A stretch of DNA of 64,000 nt from Gemmatimonadota bacterium (GTDB taxonomy: Bacteria; Gemmatimonadota; Gemmatimonadetes; Longimicrobiales; Gaopeijiaceae): NCBI GenBank assembly GCA_022825135.1, contig JAJDYN010000022.1, positions 68,891 through 132,890 on the forward strand, in the 5' to 3' direction. The stretch's first letter is position 1. Every line of letters begins with the position of its first letter. The notes beneath the pieces were generated by a model. It saw nothing but the letters and a program-made list of their open reading frames with translations, ran no database searches and was not told the DNA's origin. The translations under genes and the position numbers were made by a program. Below, piece by piece: positions 56,819-64,000 of the stretch.

Positions 56819-59242
56819 CTAGAGCAGCGAGTCGAGATAGAACGCGATCCAGAACCGCCGCGCGGGCCCGTTGAGCCCGTAGGACACGTCGGCGCGGATG
56901 AGCCCGTCGAGGAGGCTGCCGCCGACCCCGGCCCCCCAGAGCAGGCTGCCGTCCATCGGGGTCCGGTCCGTTCCCGGTCCGTCCGCTGATCCATCCGGGT
57001 ACACCACGTCTCCGCCGGCACCCGAGGAGTAGTAGCCGCCAACGTGGCTGGCCCATCCCGCGTCGGTGAAGATGCTCCAGGCACCGAAGTCGCTGGTGCG
57101 GGCGACTTCGACGCGGCCGCGTGCGAACGACGGGCCCCACAGCACCGAAGGCGCGTGACCGCGCAGGGTGCGCGTACCCCCGAGGAACCACGCCCGCTGA
57201 GCGGTCGCCTCGCCGAACGTGGTCCCGCCCGCCAGTTCCAGGCCCAGGCGCCACCTGCGCGGTACGAGCGGCACGGCTGCCCGCAGCGTTGCGCTGGCGC
57301 GCCCGTAGGTTGCCGGGTCGCCGGCCCCCGCGGGCCACAGCCGCGCCGCGTGCCCGTACAGTTCGACCCCGATCTGCGTCAGGAAGGGGTCGCTCCCGTG
57401 CCAGGGCGAGAGCCGCACCTCCGCTCCCAGCTCGTCGCCTTCGTCCGCCGCCAGATTGGGTCGGAAGTCCCAGTCGTCGGCGAGCACGTGGAAGAGGGCG
57501 AACCCCGCATTGCGCTCCAGCGCCGACTGGCGTTCCGCGTAGGCCCGGACCTCGAAGGACTGCCGCGCGTCAGCGGGAGGAAGCCAGCTCAGGTCGGCGC
57601 CCAGCGCCTGGTAGTACTCGCCTTCGTCGCGTCCCAGGAACAGGGCGTTCAGGGAATTGCCGAACCCCAGGCTTCCGGCGCGCGGGTTCGCGAACGCGAG
57701 TTCGCGGTATACCCCGAGCTTCATCCGGCGCCGGCTGGTCTCGCGCGCGATGTCGAAGCGCGCCCTGGGATCGAGATCGGAGAGTCCCAGGAAGGCGGTC
57801 GCGCCCAGGGTGTAGGACCCGTAGACGGCGGTCTCGAAGTTCAGGCCCCCGGCCAGCCCCTCGACCCGGTTGTAGCGCAACAGTCCCGGACGACCCCATC
57901 CCCAGTCGAGCGACCAGGGGACTCCGGGCACGTCGGGCTCCGGGAGACCGGCCAGGCTCTCCACGTAGTCGCCAATCCGTTCGTCCGACGGAAATCCCGC
58001 GGCCTCCTCCCAGATCGGCGGTGGAAGCTCCGGGCTGGTCGCCACCAGGCTCCGTTCCCGCGGCGCGATGAAGAACGCGTCCCGCTCCGCCGCGAAATCG
58101 TCCTCTTCGGCGCTCTCGTACTCGACGCCACCCTCCCGTGACAGCAGTTCCGCGACGAACGCCATGGCCTCGTCGCGGGTCTCGAAGTGCCGCTCCACGA
58201 GCTGCGCGGTCTCGTCCGGCTCGGGCGGAGCAACCTCCGTCGGCGCGGCCTCCCGGCGGGCCGCCTCGAGCCGCTCGATGTCCTGGCGCGTCGTCACCGA
58301 CTCCATCTCGTACGAGACATCGAACGTGATCGGGAACTTGAGGATGCCGGCTCGGGCGAGTCCCTCCATCCGCATGTACAGGGGCAGCCAGACCTCGAAA
58401 TTCCAGAGGCTGTAGTCGATGGCGATCATGGAGAGGTCGAAGGTCCAGGGCTTCAGCAGGCCGGGTACGTATCTGAACGAACCCTCCTCCTCTTCCTCCC
58501 GGAGATCTTCCAGGTCGCGGATGGCGTCGAACTCGCGGCTCAGCCGGTAGACGGCCCGGACCAGCGCGCCGGATTCCGGCTCGATCCACAGCGTGCCCAC
58601 GATGCGCTGGGCGTCGGCTTCGCGCGGAAGCACGTCGAGCTGCACCGTGCGAAGACGGCGTCCGTCGGGGAGCGAAAGGGTCAGGGTGTCCCCGCTCGCG
58701 TACCGGTAAAGGCTGTCGGCGCCCTCCGCCAGCGGATGCTCGACCCTGAAGTCGTCGTCGGGCTGCTCATCCGGATCGGACCATCCGAGCATGAGGCGGT
58801 CGTCACCGGGGTCGAAGGGTTCGTCGAAGGCGAGGTCGTCGAGCCACTCCAGATCGCCTTCGCTGCGCGCCGTCGCGTGCCCGGGATACTGGGATTTCGC
58901 GCCCAGCACCTGCACCACCGCATCGTATTCGTGGTCCCAGAAGGCGCGCACCGCGGTTTCGTCCCGGTAGAGGACGCGGTCCTTGAGCGGGGCCCGGATC
59001 CTGGCCGCCATCCTCTGCCGGATCACCGCCTGGTAACGCAGAACCGACTGTTCCACCGACTTCCAGTTCGCGTGGGCGGCCTCGAAGATCGCGCGCGCGG
59101 CCGGGTCGACGAACGCGTCGTCGGCGAATTGCACGGGCTCGGCATCGGGCTCCTGCCCCGATGCCGGGACGACGAGGGCGCCAAGCAGCGGCAGGAGCAT
59201 GCTCGCGCGCGCAAGGCCCCGAACCGCGCCGCGCCCGTTCAT
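56819..59242 (-). CDS. outer membrane protein: N-terminal LolA-like region plus C-terminal Omp85/surface-antigen-like beta-barrel
   Basis: ATG 59242 follows GGAGAA and overlaps the upstream stop (ATGA). Signal peptide. The C-terminal part starts with LLRYNRVEGLAGGLNF and ends with an alternating beta pattern ...GLIRADVSYGLNGPARRFWIAFYLDSLL. The domain call was made by eye. Confidence 0.65.
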   Translation of the reverse strand: MNGRGAVRGLARASMLLPLLGALVVPASGQEPDAEPVQFADDAFVDPAARAIFEAAHANWKSVEQSVLRYQAVIRQRMAARIRAPLKDRVLYRDETAVRAFWDHEYDAVVQVLGAKSQYPGHATARSEGDLEWLDDLAFDEPFDPGDDRLMLGWSDPDEQPDDDFRVEHPLAEGADSLYRYASGDTLTLSLPDGRRLRTVQLDVLPREADAQRIVGTLWIEPESGALVRAVYRLSREFDAIRDLEDLREEEEEGSFRYVPGLLKPWTFDLSMIAIDYSLWNFEVWLPLYMRMEGLARAGILKFPITFDVSYEMESVTTRQDIERLEAARREAAPTEVAPPEPDETAQLVERHFETRDEAMAFVAELLSREGGVEYESAEEDDFAAERDAFFIAPRERSLVATSPELPPPIWEEAAGFPSDERIGDYVESLAGLPEPDVPGVPWSLDWGWGRPGLLRYNRVEGLAGGLNFETAVYGSYTLGATAFLGLSDLDPRARFDIARETSRRRMKLGVYRELAFANPRAGSLGFGNSLNALFLGRDEGEYYQALGADLSWLPPADARQSFEVRAYAERQSALERNAGFALFHVLADDWDFRPNLAADEGDELGAEVRLSPWHGSDPFLTQIGVELYGHAARLWPAGAGDPATYGRASATLRAAVPLVPRRWRLGLELAGGTTFGEATAQRAWFLGGTRTLRGHAPSVLWGPSFARGRVEVARTSDFGAWSIFTDAGWASHVGGYYSSGAGGDVVYPDGSADGPGTDRTPMDGSLLWGAGVGGSLLDGLIRADVSYGLNGPARRFWIAFYLDSLL

Positions 59243-60555
59243 CGTTCGTTCTCCGGCCCGGCACCCGGCGGAGCGGGCCCAAAGCGGACTTCCCGGATGT
59301 CCTTCCACGGGATGAGTCGCCAGGCGGTGCCGCCCGCTGCGGCGCCGCCCTGCGGCTCCGACGCGACCATCACGCCCTTGTTGTCAGCATCGACATCACG
59401 GGATCCGCTCAATTCCAGCGTGCGTCCGTCGGCGAGCGTGACGATGGCTCCATCCTCCTCCAGGGGCGCGATGCGGCGGACGAAACCGAATTCGATGTCG
59501 TACCTGACGCCATCGGATTCGCCGTTCAGGATCTCCCAGGTCCCGGCTTCGTCCGCGTCCCAGCGCAGCTCGCCCTGGAGCTCCCCCTGCTCGTGGGTCA
59601 CGACGGTGCCGAAGAGCAGGCGACCGCCGTCGAACTCCGCGTACTCCCCGCTGCCGCCGGCGGGCTCGTGGAAGCGCACCCGCTCCAGCCGTTCCCACGG
59701 GACCAACACGACCCCGAGCTCCGGATCGGCGATCTGCACGCCGCGGTTGCCGTCGGCGACATCGTTGCCGCCCCCCAGGTCCATTATTTCGCCTGCCCAG
59801 AGCTCGACCCGCGTGCCTCCGGGGATGCGGGTCAGCGAACGAATGCGCTCGAAGCGGATTTCGCGGTCGTTCGGGCGCCTCATCTCTTCGCCGTCCAGCA
59901 CGTCCGATTCGAGGACCTCGTCCTGATCCCATGCCAGAAAACCGGTAAACCGGTTGCCGCTCCGGTCCTCGACCGTACCGTGCAGCCGGCGTGCCCCGGC
60001 AACCGCGTCCGGCGGCGGCGCGGAGAAGACCACCCGCTCGAGTTCGTCCCAGTCGAGTTCGACCTCCGTGCCCCGAGGCTCATCCACGATGACCTGGCGC
60101 AGGGAGGAGCCCAGGTTGCGGCCCCGGGCCTCCATCTCGTAACGCGGTCCCGAGCGCAGGATCAGCTCGACGCGGTCGGAGGCCAGGACGACCAGCGAGT
60201 CCAGATGCCCGAAGCGAACCCCGGACAGCACCTGCATCGGAAAATCGGGATCGACTTCGTACCAGCTGATGCGATGGCCGCGCAACTCGATGGTGCGCGT
60301 GGCACGTTCCCTGTCGTGGGCCTCCAGCCAGGCGAAGTAATTCTCGTCGGGAAGCGTCCTGGCGCCGTCGAGGACGTCGCCCCAGCTGGCCTCCTTCCGG
60401 TCCCAGCGAATGAAGCCGGTGTGCACTTCGCCCTCGGTGGTGTGCACCCGGCCCCAGATGCGGTCCGCGCTCTGCGGGGCTGCAGGCGCCGCGGCGAATG
60501 TGGAGAGAACGAGGGTCCAGCGGAGAAGCGTTCGGCCTTGCGCTTGCGGCAGCAT
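59239..60555 (-). CDS. exported protein built from three homologous ~105-145-aa repeats, unknown function
   Basis: ATG 60555 follows AGGA. Signal peptide LRWTLVLSTFAAAPAAPQSA. Repeats start GRVHTTEGEVHTGFIRWDRKE / GTVEDRSGNRFTGFLAWDQDE / GTVVTHEQGELQGELRWDADE. They end VELDWDELERVVF / VLVPWERLERVRF / RLIPWKDIREVRF. Confidence 0.7.
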   Translation of the reverse strand: MLPQAQGRTLLRWTLVLSTFAAAPAAPQSADRIWGRVHTTEGEVHTGFIRWDRKEASWGDVLDGARTLPDENYFAWLEAHDRERATRTIELRGHRISWYEVDPDFPMQVLSGVRFGHLDSLVVLASDRVELILRSGPRYEMEARGRNLGSSLRQVIVDEPRGTEVELDWDELERVVFSAPPPDAVAGARRLHGTVEDRSGNRFTGFLAWDQDEVLESDVLDGEEMRRPNDREIRFERIRSLTRIPGGTRVELWAGEIMDLGGGNDVADGNRGVQIADPELGVVLVPWERLERVRFHEPAGGSGEYAEFDGGRLLFGTVVTHEQGELQGELRWDADEAGTWEILNGESDGVRYDIEFGFVRRIAPLEEDGAIVTLADGRTLELSGSRDVDADNKGVMVASEPQGGAAAGGTAWRLIPWKDIREVRFGPAPPGAGPENER

Positions 60556-60717
60556 CGCTGTCCTGGAGGGGGATCGGGTGCGGGACGACCTTTCTGATAC
60601 GACCTCGCGCGCGTAATGGTTTCCCTGTTCCGGCGGATTCACGACCGGCTGCATAGATTCCCCGGGATGGCCGGCGAGCATCGCGCCCCAGGCCCCGCAA
60701 ACCGGAGGAACGCCGAC

Positions 60718-61818
60718 ATGAGCAACGCACAGCGAACGAGCCGGGTCCTTTCGTCCCTTCTCCTCGCGTCCGCAGGCTGGTTCGGCGGGACGCTCGGCGC
60801 GCAGACGAGCGCCCCGCACCCGTATCGGGCCACGCTGGGCTGGGAACAGCTCCCGGAGGGCCGGACGCTCGGGATCGTGAGCGGCGTCATCCCGGACCCG
60901 GATGGCGAGCACCTGTGGATCCTGGACCGCTGCGGCGCCAACCAGTGCGCGGGCACCGACATCGACCCGATTCTGAAGTTCGATCTGGAGGGCAACCTGG
61001 TGGAGAGCTTCGGGGCGGGGCTGTTCGCCTTCCCGCACGGCTTCGCGCTCGACCGCGAGGGATTCCTGTGGGTGAGCGAGGGCGGGGCGCACGGGGATGC
61101 GCGCGCCGCGCTGGGCGAGAGCATGGGGATGGGCCACCAGGTGTTCAGGCTCACCCGTCAGGGAGAAGTCGTGATGCGCATCGGGGAAGCGGGGGTGCAC
61201 GGGGAGGACGAGACGCACTTCAACGGGCCATCGGGCGTCGCCATATCACCGGCAGGGGACATCTGGGTGGCGGACGGCCACAGGGGCGGCAACAACCGCA
61301 TCGTGAAGCTGGCGGGCGACGGCAGTTTCGTGCTGGCGGTGGGAGGCGGAGTGGGCTCGGAGAGTCGCGAGCCGGCCCGCTTCAGCGATCCGCACGACAT
61401 CAAGATCGATTCGCGGGGACGCGTCTACGTGGCCGACCGCGGCAACAGCCGCATCCAGGTCTTCGACGACGACGGGAATCTGCTCTACATCTGGACCCAC
61501 TACGGCAAGCCCAGCGGCCTCTTCATCGACGGAAACGACATCCTGTATGCCGGCGACGGGCTGTCGGGCGACCTGCGCACCGGGCCGCCCGACCCCTGGC
61601 GCAGCAACTTCGGCTGGGAGAAGGGCATCCGCATCGGCGACCTCAGGACCGAGCAGGCCTGGGTGACCTGCTTCGTGCCCCAGCACGACATCAACGTGGG
61701 GCCGGGCATCGAGTTCCTGGGGGTCGATTTCGACGGCAACATCTACGCGGGCGAGGTCAACCGCATGCGCCTGGTGCGCTACGTGCCGTCACGGCCCCTG
61801 GGGAGCGGAGGCTGCTGA
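60718..61818 (+). CDS. NHL-repeat six-bladed beta-propeller protein (peptidyl-alpha-hydroxyglycine lyase-like), exported
   Basis: ATG 60718 follows GGAGGAA. Signal peptide. Repeated NHL-type blades (FPHGFALDREGFLWVSE, GPSGVAISPAGDIWVADGHRGGNNRIVKL, FSDPHDIKIDSRGRVYVADRGNSRIQVFD, PSGLFIDGNDILYAGD). Confidence 0.75.
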   Translation: MSNAQRTSRVLSSLLLASAGWFGGTLGAQTSAPHPYRATLGWEQLPEGRTLGIVSGVIPDPDGEHLWILDRCGANQCAGTDIDPILKFDLEGNLVESFGAGLFAFPHGFALDREGFLWVSEGGAHGDARAALGESMGMGHQVFRLTRQGEVVMRIGEAGVHGEDETHFNGPSGVAISPAGDIWVADGHRGGNNRIVKLAGDGSFVLAVGGGVGSESREPARFSDPHDIKIDSRGRVYVADRGNSRIQVFDDDGNLLYIWTHYGKPSGLFIDGNDILYAGDGLSGDLRTGPPDPWRSNFGWEKGIRIGDLRTEQAWVTCFVPQHDINVGPGIEFLGVDFDGNIYAGEVNRMRLVRYVPSRPLGSGGC

Positions 61819-61900
61819 CCCGAACTCCCGCCGCCTGGGAGGAGCGTTCGACGGAGCAGGTCACTGATGTCTACTGACAACTAGTCTGACATCTACTGAT

Positions 61901-63598
61901 CTAATCGAGCCCGAACACGAAGAGCGTGCCGCCGGCGGAACTCACGATGCGCTGCCGCCCGTCGACCTCGTACGACATGGGGCCGCTGCGCACGGCCCCG
62001 CCCGACTGGAAGTTCCACAGGGGCTCGCCGGTTTCCGCGTCCAGCGCGAAGATATTGCCCTCGTTGTCTCCGCCGAAGACGAGGTCGCCGGCGGTCGCCA
62101 TCGCCCCCGACCACGGGGGGGAGAGCAGCGGGAACTCCCACACGAGCTCGCCGGTCAGGGCGTCGAGCGCCTTGATGGCTCCGCTGGCCTCCTCGCCCCG
62201 CAGCGCCTGCTCGCCGCCGCCCGTGTAGGGCTGTCCGGGCACGTACTCGACGTCCGCCTTGAAGTAGACCGCGCCCATGATTCGGGTGGGCTGGTAGAAG
62301 AGCCCGGTCCGCGGGCTGTAGCTGGGGCTGAACCAGTTGGCCGCGCCCTGCAGGCTGGGCCAGACCAGTACGCCCTCCTCGGTGGGGTCGGTGCCCGGAA
62401 TCACGATCGGGCGCCCGTTCTCGTCGAGCCCCTCCGCCCAGGTCTGTTTCGAGTACTCCCTGCCGTGCAGGAACTCCCCGGTCTCGCGGTCGAGGACGTA
62501 GTAGAAGGCGTTCCGGTTGGCGGTCACCACCAGCTTGCGTGGCTCGCCCTCCCACTCGGCGTCCAGCAGCACCTGGATCTGGTTGGCGTCCCAGTCGTGG
62601 GTGTCGTGGGGCGTGAACTGGAAGTACCAGATCATTTCCCCGGTGTCGGGATCGAGGGCGAGCAGGCAGTCCGTGTACAGGTTGTCGCCGGGGCGGACGT
62701 CGCCGTTCCAGTCGGGCGCCGGGTTGCCGATGGGCCAGTAGAGCAGGTCGAGCTCGGGATCGTAGGAGCCGGTGAGCCAGGTGGACCCGCCCCCGGTCTC
62801 CCAGCTGTTGCCGCCCCAGGTCTCGCTCCCGGGTTCGCCTGGCGCCGGGATGGTGTAGGTGCGCCACGCCAGCTCGCCGGTCTCGGCGTCGTAGGCGTCG
62901 ATGTAGCCCCGCACGCCGGCCTCGGCTCCGGACACGCCCACGATCACCTTGTCCTTGACCGTCAGCGGGGCCAGGGTGAGCGAGAAGCCGATCGCGTTGT
63001 CGCCCACCTCGACGTCCCAGCGCACCGCGCCGGAGCGCGCGTCGAGGGCAACCAGGTGCGCGTCGAGCGTTCCCACGAACACAGTGGAGTCGAGGACCGC
63101 GACCCCCCGGTTCACCCGCGGGAAGCCGATGTTGAGCACGTCCGGACCCATCTCCGGGGACCAGGTCCAGAGCTGGCGGCCGGAGCGCGCGTCCAGGGCG
63201 CTCACGGTGCTGGGCGGCTCGGTCACGTACAGGATGCCGTCCACGGCGATGGGCGTGGTCTCGATGATGCCGTCGTCCATCTGATAGGCCCACAGCACCC
63301 TGAGGCCGCCGACGTTGGAGCGATCGATCTGATCGAGCCGGGAGTAGCGGTGCGACGCGTAGTTGCCCGAATAGGTCAGCCAGTTGTGGGGTTCGGCGTC
63401 GGCGTTGACGAGGCGCTCGAAGGGAACGTGCGTCTGGTCGGGAGTGCCTTCAGGGGAGCTGCCCTCCGGGGCCCCCTGGCATCCCGGAGCGGCGATCGCG
63501 CAGGCCAGCAGTCCGCGGATGATTCCGCGCGAGCGGCGGGGCTCCGGGCGGGCAGGGCGCCCTGAGGGGCGAAACGCAGCGAACCGGATCATGCTCAT
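61901..63598 (-). CDS. PQQ-binding beta-propeller dehydrogenase-like protein (lacks vicinal Cys pair)
   Basis: ATG 63598 overlaps the stop of the upstream cytochrome c gene (ATGA). NWLTYSGNYASHRYSRLDQIDRSNVGGLRVLW, TTPIAVDGILYV. At the position of the CC pair in the two paralogues it reads LNIGFPRVNRG. Confidence 0.8.
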   Translation of the reverse strand: MSMIRFAAFRPSGRPARPEPRRSRGIIRGLLACAIAAPGCQGAPEGSSPEGTPDQTHVPFERLVNADAEPHNWLTYSGNYASHRYSRLDQIDRSNVGGLRVLWAYQMDDGIIETTPIAVDGILYVTEPPSTVSALDARSGRQLWTWSPEMGPDVLNIGFPRVNRGVAVLDSTVFVGTLDAHLVALDARSGAVRWDVEVGDNAIGFSLTLAPLTVKDKVIVGVSGAEAGVRGYIDAYDAETGELAWRTYTIPAPGEPGSETWGGNSWETGGGSTWLTGSYDPELDLLYWPIGNPAPDWNGDVRPGDNLYTDCLLALDPDTGEMIWYFQFTPHDTHDWDANQIQVLLDAEWEGEPRKLVVTANRNAFYYVLDRETGEFLHGREYSKQTWAEGLDENGRPIVIPGTDPTEEGVLVWPSLQGAANWFSPSYSPRTGLFYQPTRIMGAVYFKADVEYVPGQPYTGGGEQALRGEEASGAIKALDALTGELVWEFPLLSPPWSGAMATAGDLVFGGDNEGNIFALDAETGEPLWNFQSGGAVRSGPMSYEVDGRQRIVSSAGGTLFVFGLD

Positions 63599-64000
63599 CC
63601 TCCGAGGCTGGCCAGGTATGCGATGAGGTTGTCGATGTCCTCGCCCGAGAGGCTTGCCGTGGCGGGCATGAGGGAATGCCCGAAGCGCTTCTCGAGCTCG
63701 GCCAGGTCGGCCTTGCGCAACGACACGATGGAACCCGTTGCGGTGACGAGCTGCACCGTGAACGCGTCTTCGTTGGCGCGCATGCCCTCGTAGACCGTGC
63801 CGTCGCGGGTGACGGCGCGCAGGGGGAGGTACTGGGCGAATCCGCTGCGCGCCCCCGAGCGGAAGACCGGCAGCTCCGCCGAGGGGTCGACCAGGGAGGC
63901 ACGCAGGTACTCGGGGCCCCGGCGCATGCCGATGCCGGTCAGTTCGGGACCGATGCCGACCCCCCGCCCTTCTACGATGTGGCACGAGTAGCACACGCCC
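63595..64000 (-). CDS. c-type cytochrome, PVC-type heme-binding domain (partial; 5' end beyond window)
   Basis: The frame is open to the window edge. CYSCH heme motif, then GPELTGIG...YLRASLVDPSAE...TRDGTVYEG...SLMP...LSGEDIDNLIAYL. Confidence 0.75.
   Translation of the reverse strand, partial: GVCYSCHIVEGRGVGIGPELTGIGMRRGPEYLRASLVDPSAELPVFRSGARSGFAQYLPLRAVTRDGTVYEGMRANEDAFTVQLVTATGSIVSLRKADLAELEKRFGHSLMPATASLSGEDIDNLIAYLASLGG

Noticed and set aside
1-64000. CRISPR arrays, tRNA/rRNA genes, transposases/integrases, prophage genes, toxin-antitoxin pairs, restriction-modification or other known defence genes.
   Set aside because: I saw no regularly spaced direct repeats, cloverleaf-like sequence in the intergenic gaps, or nuclease, recombinase or methyltransferase motifs. 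This was a by-eye scan only; tRNAscan-SE, Infernal/Rfam, and DefenseFinder/PADLOC would be decisive.

Overview
Very GC-rich bacterial chromosomal window. Third codon positions are almost all G/C. Shine-Dalgarno-type RBSs are visible, and many genes are coupled by 4-bp ATGA/GTGA start-stop overlaps. Gene content (SusC/SusD, TonB-dependent receptors, Omp85-like barrel, RND efflux, PVC-type heme-binding cytochrome c) indicates a Gram-negative organism, possibly Gemmatimonadota or Rhodothermota-like; the sequence alone cannot settle this. I support about 50 protein genes. By eye I saw no rRNA, tRNA, CRISPR array, transposase, integrase or classical defence gene. Layout: (1) 2.2-19.7 kb, a glycan-utilisation-like locus. 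It holds a stand-alone plug lipoprotein, SusC, SusD, an atypical Nramp-fold transporter, a NagB-like deaminase, an 887-aa unknown lipoprotein, a frameshifted PQQ quinohemoprotein dehydrogenase, an exported amidohydrolase, and SDR-uxuA-eda-kdgK. (2) 19.7-22 kb, a YtrA-type GntR/ABC/membrane module with a palindromic operator candidate. (3) 22-25.4 kb, an SRPBCC protein, a CDGSH protein coupled to a class-A-beta-lactamase-like hydrolase, and ispG. (4) 25.4-37.3 kb, a long minus-strand array MFP-TolC-RND-RND-gltX-hypothetical-TPR. (5) 37.6-38.8 kb, a LexA-family protein with a degenerate protease domain, and tadA. (6) NhaC, a lipoprotein, pyrR-pyrB-pyrC, a second PQQ dehydrogenase, and rpsT. (7) S2P-scpA-scpB-rluB-TonB receptor, pcm, a CBM9/DUF5916-like protein and an SDR. 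(8) A coupled pair made of a triple-repeat exported protein and a LolA-like/Omp85-like barrel protein, an NHL propeller, a third PQQ propeller and a cytochrome c cut by the window end. I see no convincing classical novel system. The best candidates for follow-up are the degenerate LexA next to the efflux operon, the two-gene outer-membrane module, the barrel-less plug lipoprotein, the Nramp-fold transporter without metal ligands, and a REP-like palindrome present at two sites. The many long antisense ORFs are treated as GC artefacts.
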